64,000 nt of DNA, taken from sequence record NZ_CP044066.1. One strand, given 5' to 3'. Both the position numbers and the translations under genes were made by a program. Origin of the DNA: a plasmid. Below the pieces are notes generated by a model. The model worked only from the letters and a program-made list of their open reading frames with translations. It had not been told where the DNA came from and ran no database searches. Of the stretch, positions 11,304-20,887 are shown one piece after another; position 1 is the stretch's first letter, and each line of letters opens with the position of its first letter.

Positions 11304-12302
11304 ATGACCCAAACACTCGTCGTCATAGCGGCATCCCGGGGAGGCCTTTCGGTACTCAAGACCCTCGTCTCCGACCTCGATCGAGATTTCCAGGCGACGA
11401 TTCTGGTAGTCATGCACGTGGGCAGGCATCCAAGCATCCTGCCGGAGTTGCTGGCCGCTTGGGGGGCGGTCGCGGTGAGCCATGCTATTGATGGCGAGAC
11501 GATGAAAATCGGTCGGATATATGTAGCCCCACCTGATCGGCATATGGTTGTGCACGGCGACAAGATCCAGCTGCTCGATACGGCCGCCGAGAATTTCTGT
11601 CGTCCGGCTGCAGATCCGCTATTCCGCTCTGCGGCAGTTCACTACGGGGATCGAGTCATTGGCGTGGTCCTTACGGGCGACCTTGATGATGGCGCGGCCG
11701 GGCTTGCTGCGATAGCGGCTCGGGGTGGCTATCGAATCGTGCAACAGCCTGAGGATTGCGAAGCCCCATCGATGCCTCGCAGTGCACTCGCTGCGGCAGG
11801 GGCGGATGTTGTGACAACGCAGGAGAAACTTCCCAGTGTTCTGCGGGCTGCTATCAGTGAGCTATTTCAGCGTGGAGGGGCCATGATAAGTAGTCGGCCA
11901 GACTTGGACCGCGAGGCACAGATTGCGGAAAACGGACTAGCGTACCCTGAGGATCTTGATGAGATCGCAGAACGCTCAGCACTCACATGTCCAAGCTGCA
12001 ACGGGGTGTTATGGCGGCTTCGGGATGAGCGGCCGTTACGCTATCGCTGCCACACAGGTCACGCATACTCGGTGCTGTCACTGGAGGAAGCGACCGCACG
12101 TGCGACGACGGACGCGATATGGCGCGCTATTCGAGCCGTTCGCGAGCATATGATTCTTGCGCAAGAGCGTTGCTTCTCGGCGCAGAGGTTGGGTAACTAC
12201 GGCGACGCGGCACTGGAGCGTGCGCGCGTTGAAGAGAATGAAAAGCTAGTCGCTTTATTGCGGGAAGTGGCTGGAGCGCATGCGTTGGTCGAGCACTCAT
12301 AG
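11304..12302 (+). CDS. CheB-type protein-glutamate methylesterase domain protein (no receiver domain) with Cys/His-rich C-terminal extension
   Basis: LVVIAASRGGLSVLKTLVSDL..ILVVMHV..IYVAPPDRHMVV..CRPAADPLFRSAA..VIGVVLTGDLDDGAAGLAAI matches the CheB catalytic domain. C-terminal CPSCNG...RYRCHTGHAY. Confidence 0.7.
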   Translation: MTQTLVVIAASRGGLSVLKTLVSDLDRDFQATILVVMHVGRHPSILPELLAAWGAVAVSHAIDGETMKIGRIYVAPPDRHMVVHGDKIQLLDTAAENFCRPAADPLFRSAAVHYGDRVIGVVLTGDLDDGAAGLAAIAARGGYRIVQQPEDCEAPSMPRSALAAAGADVVTTQEKLPSVLRAAISELFQRGGAMISSRPDLDREAQIAENGLAYPEDLDEIAERSALTCPSCNGVLWRLRDERPLRYRCHTGHAYSVLSLEEATARATTDAIWRAIRAVREHMILAQERCFSAQRLGNYGDAALERARVEENEKLVALLREVAGAHALVEHS

Positions 12303-12961
12303 CAAAACATCTGTGCGCCGAGTGTTCGGGGGATGGGTGTGCAGAGCACGTCCGGTCCGTTACAAGCCTCCAAGGTGGCCGACTTGCAAGAACATCATTC
12401 CCGCGCCGTATAGGTCTGCAGAAGGTTGCGCCAGTGCGGTAGATGCCCCTGCGAGGAAAGCGGTAAGGGAATGTCCGCCAACTACGTCGTTCGACTGACG
12501 TAAGTTCTTCCCTGCCCCCGCCGCAGCCGCAAGGCCGCTTCCAAAGTCGCAAGCGTCGTAAGCGAACGAGTTAACTGGACGGCAGCAATGCTCGCCGCCG
12601 CCCCCGTCGCGCTCAGCATTGCCATGGAGCGGCGTTGCGCATCCACCTTTGTCCGCATTTCGTCGATGTATCGATTCAGGACAACCAGGTCCCTCCAGTC
12701 TGCTTTCCACATTTCGCTCCTGAATGCTAATACCAAGTACACCAGCTATGACTATCAGGCTATAGGCTTTCGCCATGTCCTGCGATGTTCTGAATGGGAT
12801 GTTGATGGACAGTGGGGGAGAGGTGATCGACTGACGTGAGCCGGGCATCAAGCTCGACGCAGCGAAAGAGAGGAGTCCGCTTCGGTAGGAATGACTAATA
12901 GGCCAGCCGCCTCTAGCCACGCAGACTACTTTCGCTATGCGTGGGCAGAAATGACAATTCG

Positions 12962-13993
12962 TCAGGAATCTATCGGATTCCCCTCGACCTCCTGAGCGAC
13001 TGATAGCAGTTCAGACGAAGAAACCGGATCCTCTGAGAGAGACGCTACCGCGTTGGCGATTTCGTTCACTGCCGCGTAGTGGAGCATATGACCTGTCGGC
13101 ACCATATGCAGCTGGCTTCCGGCCACTTCCTTATGCAGGCGCACGGTCTGAGCTCCTGAATCTACGATGCCGTCGTCGGTTCCCGCGAACAGCACTACCG
13201 GAGGGCGTAATCGCGAATACTCGCTTCGCATCAGCGTCACTGCGGGAATCATGAGGGCTGTGTCTTCTGCGGCGGCGCGGAGCTGCTTTGGTCTCAGCAT
13301 TAGCTCGCGGGGAATCACACTGAAGAAGTTCTCCGGTATTTGCGCTGGCGCGAACATCTTGCGCAGCGCTCGCTTTAGCCCTACGCGCGCGAGTACTGGG
13401 AGGGCGGTGTGTTGAAGTACGTCTCCCACCCCCGGTATCGCTCCGGGGATGTTGAGTGGTGCATCCAGTCGGGCCGTTGGATGGTAATAGCCGGAAAGCA
13501 GGACTAGCGCACCAATTTCAGCCGGAGTCTGGAGGCCCATCGCGAGCGCGACTAGAGTACCCCACGAGTGGGCTACCACCACGGGCCGCATCGCCGACAG
13601 TTGGTTGATCGCCTTGCTGAGCAGGAGAGCCTGCAGGCGTGGCGTCCAGATCCGGCCGCGAGGGCGGTCACTGTAGCCGAAGCCCGGGCGATCAAAAGCT
13701 ATTACGCGGTGCCGCTGGGCAAGCTTGTCAAACAGTCCGCTTGCAATGAAGTCTTCCGACTGGACGCCGTTGCCGTGGAGAAGCACGACTGGAGGACCGG
13801 TGCCTTGCTCGAGGTAGTGTAGACGCACACCCTCGATTTCAATGAATTGCCCAGTTGGCGGATGCTCCCGTTCCGCTACGCGTGCACGGTGGTTGACCCA
13901 AAGCGCAGCCGCAGTGCCGACAAAGGCGAGGGCGGATGCTGCGACTACGCTACCGGAATTGACGAAGGAAGTCCTCGAGGTCTTAGGAGGCAT
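12962..13993 (-). CDS. alpha/beta-fold hydrolase with N-terminal TM/signal segment
   Basis: ..PPVVLLHGNGVQSEDF..RPGFGYSDRP..VVVAHSWGTLVALAMGL.. (nucleophile elbow HSWG). Start chosen at the ATG at 13991-13993 (MPPKTSRTSFVNSGSVVAASALAFVG...). Confidence 0.75.
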   Translation of the reverse strand: MPPKTSRTSFVNSGSVVAASALAFVGTAAALWVNHRARVAEREHPPTGQFIEIEGVRLHYLEQGTGPPVVLLHGNGVQSEDFIASGLFDKLAQRHRVIAFDRPGFGYSDRPRGRIWTPRLQALLLSKAINQLSAMRPVVVAHSWGTLVALAMGLQTPAEIGALVLLSGYYHPTARLDAPLNIPGAIPGVGDVLQHTALPVLARVGLKRALRKMFAPAQIPENFFSVIPRELMLRPKQLRAAAEDTALMIPAVTLMRSEYSRLRPPVVLFAGTDDGIVDSGAQTVRLHKEVAGSQLHMVPTGHMLHYAAVNEIANAVASLSEDPVSSSELLSVAQEVEGNPIDS

Positions 13994-14655
13994 TTGCAAG
14001 TGTCCAAGGTAGGTGCCAAAGCCGGCATGGCTTGAATGGCTGAGCCCTCTACGCACGCAAGCTCGATGCCGAGCAGTAGGACACCTGTGGATTTGACAGA
14101 CTGCCTCAAAAAGGCGAACGGGCCAATGTAAGTAATGCACACCTTAACGCCGGATATTGCATGATTAACCGCTTGCCCGGAGCACGCGGAAGGCGGGGGC
14201 ATGTTGCCGCAAGAAAGCAAAAGGTAGTTGCCCGCAAAGTCTTAACTGCAGAGGGGGGATCTCATCAAGTGATGCGACTCTAGCAGCTAGACAACGGTGT
14301 TGTGTCATATCCTGCGATGTGAACTCGGACGAAAGAAACGCAACTGATGCACGCCTTCGTGCTGGGCGTAGAGGATCGCGCAGGGCTTTGAGCTGCGCAT
14401 CGCCATGGTGCTGACGCTCACCCTCGAGTCCCCCGGCGAAAGGGGTATGGCCATGAAGTTGCTGTGACATATGCCATGAACTGCCCCACGCGTCACTTCT
14501 CGGCACCGACGCTCGGGTGTCGATCCTCCCTTACCTGAGTTCGCATCACCGCTACGAGGAGTACGCTTTTCAAAACGTGCAGCGATGAAGAGCGCTTGCG
14601 TAGACTTCACACGCTTGGCTGCGTCAAACCGCTTTCCCCACTTAGTGCCGCATGC

Positions 14656-15351
14656 TCAGCATGCGGGGAGCGCGCGGCGGACAGCCAGAATATCGGCCAT
14701 TGTTACTAGCTCAGCGAAAGATGTAGCCTCCATTTTTCGCATCGCCTGGCCGCGGTAGATCTTCACCGTTGCCTCGGCGATCCCCATCGCGCTTGCTATC
14801 TGTTTGTTGAGCAGGCCCGCCGTTGCAAGCGACATCACCTCGCGCTCGCGGTGGGTGAGCGTGGCGAAACGCGCTCTGAGCAAATGGACTGTCGATTCGG
14901 ACGCGCGACGTAAGCGATCTGACTCGAGAGCGCGATGCACCGAATCAAGCAGATCCTGGCTGCGAAAGGGCTTCGCAAGGAAATCAAATGCGCCACCTTT
15001 CATTGCCGCGACACCCATCGTGAAATCGGCATAAGCAGAAATGAAGATAATGGGGATCGGATCCCCCGCCCGCCGCAATTTCGCCTGAATTTCCAAACCG
15101 CTACATCCACGAAGCCGGACGTCAAGGACGAGGCAAGACGGTACAGGCGGCAGCGTCATCGCAAGCAGTTCTTCGCCCGATGATAAGAGCTCGTGCCGCA
15201 ACCCAACCGACCGAAACAAACTCGCAAGCGCGAATCGCATCGCGGCGTCGTCATCGACCGCCAATACTAACCCCAGCCCCTCGCGGGCGCTTTGGGCAAG
15301 ACTGATGGGGATAGCAGACGACATCAGTGACCGCTCGCTTTCCATTCGCAT
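14656..15351 (-). CDS. FixJ/NarL (LuxR-type) two-component response regulator
   Basis: Receiver ..LVLAVDDDAAMRFAL..CLVLDVRLRGCSGLEI.. plus C-terminal HTH LTHREREVMSLATAGLLNKQIASAMGIAEATVKIYRGQAMRKM. Confidence 0.8.
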   Translation of the reverse strand: MRMESERSLMSSAIPISLAQSAREGLGLVLAVDDDAAMRFALASLFRSVGLRHELLSSGEELLAMTLPPVPSCLVLDVRLRGCSGLEIQAKLRRAGDPIPIIFISAYADFTMGVAAMKGGAFDFLAKPFRSQDLLDSVHRALESDRLRRASESTVHLLRARFATLTHREREVMSLATAGLLNKQIASAMGIAEATVKIYRGQAMRKMEATSFAELVTMADILAVRRALPAC

Positions 15352-16495
15352 GTTTCTGACTGTGTCAGTAATGTATGTGTCGGCGACAGCGGCCGCCAGC
15401 TAATTGCGTGACCCGGCCTACACTATTTCTGATTGTTAAGGGATGTCCATATTTGAACCTTTATGGAAGGTCCAAGCGTCCAAGACTCGACGTAACATCC
15501 GGTTTCGTCGAGAACGCGCGCCAGCCGACCCGACGAAATCGTAGTGCAGTAAATTCATCCGCCTGCCGGCGGATTTTTTTTTGCGAAATAGCCCCACCTG
15601 AGAAAATGCAATTAATCGCCAACGTGCGACCAGACGCAAATTTTGCGTCAGAGACAATGTCGGTGCGGCGAAGCCTGCTTGCGGATAGCGATACTTTCGA
15701 GGTTTCGTTGTTGCCCCCGGCACGTATGTGCAGCCCCTGCTGCAGTAACTTGAAGGGCGCCTAACAACTGCGCGCGGCGAGGCATACGTCTCCGACAGCC
15801 ACCGACGAAAGGCGCGAGCGGCATCGCCTATCCTTAGTGGAACGCTAGGAACAATCTGGCTCTTTCATATTCTCAAGACGTGCCCACGGGGCCACAAAGG
15901 GGCGCTTGTGTCTCGCCAGCTTCGCTTCATCACCCCGCCGTATCGTGGGTACCTGTTGCACATTTTTATTTTTCCCATGGCGTCTCCGGATTTGGTAGGA
16001 GGGTGGGGATATGAGGTCGGCGTCGCGGATAACGGCGGAGAATTACTGTGCGGTCCCTTTTACTCCTCGTCTGGGTATTGTGATCGAGAGGCAGCAGAGG
16101 AGGCCTCCACTCAACGCGGACGCCTTGCGATTGACATGCTGCTAGGTTAGCCTGGCCCCATGCGCCCGACTCACGTTCTTTCCCTCGCGCGACATATCTT
16201 TGGTTGCTGGGTGCAAGTGGATCGCGTCGCCCCTGACGAGACCGGCGCAGTCGCGAGGCACGTTGCCGGCAGCGTCGAGGGTGTCGGGGCTGAATGGGGT
16301 GCTCACGCAGCGGTTGAGCACGCTCAAGAACGAGAGCCGGCAACTGCGTGAACACGCGGGTACTGCGGAGAGCGCTGCGCGCGGCTGGCCGACAAGGAAA
16401 CCAGTCTGTTGTCCGCGGTGAGGGCCGCGACGGAGGAACTCGCACACATGGGTAAGCGCCAGGTTGCGGCTGTTCGTCTCCGCGCGCTGCCTCGC

Positions 16496-16568
16496 GAGGG
16501 TTGAGTTGCTTCCGGGCCTGATTCACTAGTACCGGTACGGGGTCAGTTCTCAGTGCAAAGCAACGATC
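16496..16568. repeat. MITE/REP-like palindromic element, copy b
   Basis: ttgagttgcttccgggcctgattcac...gggtcagttctcagtgcaaagcaac. About 26-bp inverted arms. Lies 3' of the AraC gene. Confidence 0.55.
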
Positions 16569-16619
16569 TGATCTAGCGACGCGCGCCAGCGCATCGCCCA
16601 TTGACATCATGAGAACGAT

Positions 16620-17447
16620 CTATAGGTCGGATTGTTGTGCCTCACACTTGAGCAACAATTCCTGGCCCGGAAGGGCGCTGCCACTTGTCTGTCGGGCCTG
16701 GTACCTCCATCGACCCGGCGTTAGTCCGGTGAAGTTGCGGAACACTGTCGTGAAATGCGCCTGGGAGTGAAAGCCGGTCTCCGGCGCGACTTCGGCTAAC
16801 GAAGACGATCCTTCCGCCAGCAGTTGCTTCGCGATGCCCAGGCGGCATTCCGTAAGATACCGGTGGAGCGTCATGCCGGTAGCGAGAAGGAACTGGGCTG
16901 CGAAATGCATGCGGCTCAGCCCGGCCTCGTCTGCCATGGCTTGGAGCGAGAGGGTCGTTCTCGAGTTCGCCTGGATGAATGCGATTACCTTGTGCAGTCG
17001 CCATGATTGCAGCCCGGCGCGCTGGGCCGGCGAGCGCTCGCGTTGGCGTTGTGCGCGAACGAGATATGCAATGACGCTCTGACAGGCGCTCTCCACAAAA
17101 AGCGGCGGGACTGGTCCATCAGCACTAGCTGCAGTTGTGAGTGCCCCCACAAATCGGCCCAGTAACGGATCGGATCGGAAAGCTGGGTCCTGCAGAGATA
17201 CTTCTTCAGCCGCAGCCAATTGGCATCGCCTGATAGCCTCGGACATCGTTGCGGCAGGCACGAACAGATGAACGGATTTCATTGGTCGCTCGAAACGACA
17301 GCGGATCTGCTCGCCCGGCGCAGTAATCTGGGCAGCACCAAACTGTCCAGCCCGCGTACACAGAGCAATACCATTTTTGGTGCAATCCACCAGAGTCTTC
17401 GAGAGAAAGATCTCGATGGTATAGAAGTGCTCGAGTGATGGCGACAC
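16620..17447 (-). CDS. AraC-family transcriptional regulator
   Basis: C-terminal AraC HTH: ..MADEAGLSRMHFAAQF..ECRLGIAKQLL..SLAEVAPETGFHSQAHFTTVFRNFTGLTPGRWR. Confidence 0.85.
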   Translation of the reverse strand: MSPSLEHFYTIEIFLSKTLVDCTKNGIALCTRAGQFGAAQITAPGEQIRCRFERPMKSVHLFVPAATMSEAIRRCQLAAAEEVSLQDPAFRSDPLLGRFVGALTTAASADGPVPPLFVESACQSVIAYLVRAQRQRERSPAQRAGLQSWRLHKVIAFIQANSRTTLSLQAMADEAGLSRMHFAAQFLLATGMTLHRYLTECRLGIAKQLLAEGSSSLAEVAPETGFHSQAHFTTVFRNFTGLTPGRWRYQARQTSGSALPGQELLLKCEAQQSDL

Positions 17448-17735
17448 ACATGTCCGCTGCTCGCCGCGCCCGTCACTCCATTTTCCCCAAGTGCATCCGG
17501 CGGCTGGTCCTTTGCAAACCAGGAATGGAGTGACGCGCCACGCTGGCTCGAAGTCGATGCCGGCCTCAGTGATTCACTCTCGTGGAGCGGATACACGGTC
17601 GGCGGAAAGCCGCTTAAATTTGGCGGGTTCTCGAGAGAGGTCGGGTCTCGTTTCATAGCTCTCTCGCATGCCTCAACGCGCGTCCCGTATGTTCAAGTCA
17701 AGCGACCCTGGATTGGCAATGTCAGAGATCTACAA

Positions 17736-17812
17736 GGTTGTTGAGTTGCATCCGAACCTGACCCACTGGGGCCTGTGGGTCAGGTCTCGGTGCAAATCAA
17801 CAACCATACCGA
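17736..17812. repeat. MITE/REP-like palindromic element, copy a
   Basis: ggttgttgagttgcatccgaacctgaccca-ctggggcctg-tgggtcaggtctcggtgcaaatcaacaacc. 30-bp near-perfect inverted arms. Lies 5' of the AraC gene. Confidence 0.6.
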
Positions 17813-17966
17813 ACGACAAATCGCGCTAGCGCCGTGTGAGCGACTCCCAGCCTAGCCAACGCATCCTGGCCTTTGCCTGAGGGAAACGCAGCGACTTTCG
17901 TCTATGCATAGGCCTGTCTCGCGTTGAGCACCCAGGAGCAAGCGTGTCATGGCGTGCAGCGCACCC

Positions 17967-18167
17967 TCAGGATTGATGAGTGCTTTGTGGAGTCGTCAGC
18001 TTCCATAGATCGTGCATGGCAACGTCATCGACCTCTACAAGGTAACCACCCCGGACATGCTTTTGTACTGAACTGAGAAAACCAAGCGCGCACAGATTGT
18101 TTAGGACTGACTCTAGGTCAGACGAATCACCGCCGAGATACTCGGCCGGATCAATGCGAATTTCCAT
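17967..18167 (-). CDS. hypothetical small protein
   Basis: 66-aa ORF. No recognisable domain. Confidence 0.25.
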   Translation of the reverse strand: MEIRIDPAEYLGGDSSDLESVLNNLCALGFLSSVQKHVRGGYLVEVDDVAMHDLWKLTTPQSTHQS

Positions 18168-18272
18168 AGTCGCTGTCTCCCGCTAAGTTCGAAGCTTAAC
18201 TCTCAACGACACGTCCACGCGATGGGGCAAAGTCCCAAGAGGACCGAGCCACGACTTTCCCCTCGGGTGCTG

Positions 18273-19336
18273 CTATGCCCAACTGTAAGCGCCACACCCT
18301 TTCCTCGCCGGGTGCCAGAGAAGGGTGTGGCACGCCGCAGCTTTTCGGCGAGCGGTGGATGGTCGCGCCCGATGCGCTCGGCGGCGAGTGTCAGGAAGCG
18401 TCACAGCACGGCGCGTAGCCGTGGTGTAGGGATCGGAGTGCTGTCCTCCAGATTGGCGAGAAGGGGGCACGCCGACTCCAGTGCGCGGGCGTCCACGGCA
18501 GTCCGCGTGCAAGCAGATATTGATCCGGCGCCGGGCTGGCCATGGACGGCAGCGCCGTCTTGCAACGGCGCTCGCCTTTGCCGAACAGATGCAGCCAGCG
18601 CTCGCCGCGCGAGCCCACTTCGATGCCACCCAGCGTGACGCCGACCAGCTCCGGTGCGCGCAGGCCGGTTGCGTACCCAGAATCAAGCAAGAACCGGAGA
18701 CGCGCCGCCGCATCGGGTTTTTACCCCTGCGACCATTCGAACCCTTCCGCGAGCGCGCGGAGGAGCGACCATTCTCTCTTTCGGTGAATACACGCGATGC
18801 GTCGAGATCCGTGGCACGCTGGGTGCCGCGCACCTTCCGGCCGGCAAACGGATTGGCCGGCACCTAGCACTGCGCAATTAGCCAGCGAAACATCGCGCTA
18901 ATGACGCCGAGCGCGTAGGCGATGGACCGCGGCGCCAACGCACCAGTGAAGGGTCGCCATTCCGGCGAAGGGCGAGGGCGCGCCGGGCCGACCCAGCGCG
19001 ACGTCGGCGCCAGCAGAAACGCCCGATAGGCCGTCGCGTCCTCGGAAGTGAGCGAAGAGAGTGGTTTGCCGCGCTCGAGAATCGCCCATAAGAGAAGACG
19101 CTCCGCCTCCTTGCGATACGCCCGCGCGGTAGCCGGCGCCTCATGCAGCGCGAGCCAGGCATTGACCGCGTCGTAATCATTGTTGGCGGAGAGCGAACAC
19201 ATGCGCCGGGGCGCCCGATAGTCGCCATGCGAACCGTCGATGTCTGCGGGCAGCACCAGATGCTCCCAAGGCGCGATGCGTATGGCATCAGCGGACATCA
19301 CCGGCGCAGCGAGCACCAACGCGCGCGCCCGCTCGG
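18273..19336 (-). pseudogene. 5'-truncated, frameshifted paralog of the integrase at 20888-22600
   Basis: Three frames (18273-18863, 18391-18690, 18864-19385) each align to consecutive parts of the intact integrase: TERARALV..IDGSHG..RMCSLSANNDYDAVNAWLALHEAPATARAYRKEAERLLLWA.., ..ANPFAG.KVRG.QRA..LDASRVFT.. and ..GYATGLRA.ELVGVTLGGIE.G.RGERWLHL.GKGERR.K.ALP... Confidence 0.7.
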
Positions 19337-19783
19337 TCAACTGCGACGGCAAGTTCGACGATGCAGTGACGAAGTGTTGGAACATATGGGCGAGCTTGCC
19401 TGGCGCCGGCCACGGCCAGCACTAGCACGACCTCGCCGCTCTGTCGCCCACAGCACATCCGCTGTACGCTGCGCGCGAATCCACATCAGGCGCTCTGGCG
19501 CGATGCCGCAGTTCGCCAGCGCATGCGTTTGTGGAGTGCGAGGGGGCATAACCAGCGCGATCGGACGTTTGGCGCTGGCCCGCAGAGCAGGGCGCAACAG
19601 ACACAGTTCCCGAATGCCAGGTTGCTGGACCAGCATCTCGACCAGCGTTCCGATTGGCCAGCCGCCACCGGGCAGTTCCGATGACAGTGACTTGTCGCCG
19701 GCGGGCACTGTGCGCAGGAATCCACGCGCCAGCTGAGTGGGCCAAAGTGCGGGGTGGATGGCTTCTGGGGCGACGGTTAGCAT
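19337..19783 (-). pseudogene. imuA: imuA 5' fragment (SOS mutagenesis cassette RecA-like protein), fused to the integrase fragment
   Basis: ..HPALWPTQLARGFLRTVPAGDKSLSSELPGGGWPIGTLVEMLVQQPGIRELCLLRPAL.. matches the ImuA signature (LPGGGWP..G.L.E.L, G..EL.LL). The C-terminal part is junk. The reading frame is broken at about 19335-19385. Confidence 0.65.
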
Positions 19784-19808
19784 GATGGTCTCCGTCCCGG
19801 GAAGTGCA

Positions 19809-19824
19809 CTGTATATTCATACAG
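19809..19824. promoter_or_regulatory. LexA (SOS) box CTGT-N8-ACAG upstream of imuA
   Basis: ctgtatattcatacag, about 25 bp upstream of the imuA start. Embedded in the larger palindrome gtgcactgtata..acagtatttgcac. Confidence 0.7.
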
Positions 19825-20267
19825 TATTTGCACTTTTTTGCGGAGAGAGACTTCCCGGGCACGCCTGACGTAGCCGACTGCCTTGCGCTCAATTTTCTGC
19901 AGCTTATGCCGATGACTCAAGTCTCTGCGTTTTCTTCGTCGGCACAATCACAGCAACGGGTCGAGCACTCTCAATGGTTCATCTCAAGCAAGTCCGCCGT
20001 GTGTCCGTACTTCCTATCAGGGAGAACTGGCACGCTACGCCGCTGTTCGAGAACGGCACGGCCGGCAAAAGTCAGCGCTTCACCGAGGCAAGTGCGGCAT
20101 GGGATTGGGCCGTCACCATCTTCCCCGGAGTTCCGGTCTCGATTCAGACCATCAGGCGCCGCAGTGTGTATGCGGCGGGGCAGAAGTAGGCGGTCCGGAG
20201 CCGCTTCACCCGCAATGTCCAAGGGCCGAAATCGGCCAGAAGGAGACGCTCGACGCCAAGACATGAG

Positions 20268-20609
20268 TCATGGGATTTGAATGTCTCTACTCCAAATGGG
20301 CGCTAGGTACCCAAGCGCCAAGCCCGCAACCACGGCAATGGAATAACCGAGCGCACCTGCCTGAAGATGTACTGCGATAAGAACGCAGCCCACTACCGAC
20401 AGAGAAATCTGCCAAAGTCGAGGGAACCGGAACAACTTTGGCTCAAGTTCCGGCGCGGCGATTGCGCCCACAAAAAGCCCAGCCGAGCCGAGAAAAAGTA
20501 CGCTACGAAGGGAGTATCCGTGCGCCAGCCCCCCAAACACAATGAAGATAGCCGCGAACCCAAACGTGGACAGCGAAACGACTATCGCGAAGCGCATCCA
20601 GTCTGCCAT
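20268..20609 (-). CDS. small integral membrane protein (3-4 TM helices)
   Basis: MADWMRFAIVVSLSTFGFAAIFIVFGGL.. is hydrophobic. GGAG lies 13 nt upstream of the ATG at 20607-20609. The longer ORF to 20774 lacks an RBS. Confidence 0.4.
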   Translation of the reverse strand: MADWMRFAIVVSLSTFGFAAIFIVFGGLAHGYSLRSVLFLGSAGLFVGAIAAPELEPKLFRFPRLWQISLSVVGCVLIAVHLQAGALGYSIAVVAGLALGYLAPIWSRDIQIP

Positions 20610-20887
20610 ATTAATTGAGGCTCCAATTTTTGATTGCCTTGCAAAGTGACAGAATATTAGACTATTTGCCGTATGAACCTGCTGTGGATCGATGATGGGA
20701 TCAACGGTCGCACATGAAGCTGCACGCCGGCGTCGCGCTACGGCCACGAGCAGATGCATGCGCGACCATTCCACACGATATGGAGCGATGCCGCCCGCGA
20801 GAACGTCTGTTTTGGGGAATCACGAAGGGCCGCTTAGGGTCGGGAGCCGCCCGTCACTTTGCTGCGGCTGCGTGCTAGCGAGATCTG

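Noticed and set aside
15966-16610. 214-aa minus-strand ORF between the response regulator and AraC
   Set aside because: Arg/Pro-rich with no motifs. It overlaps several alternative ORFs and was treated as noise. A short plus-strand ORF near 15977-16150 is equally unsupported.
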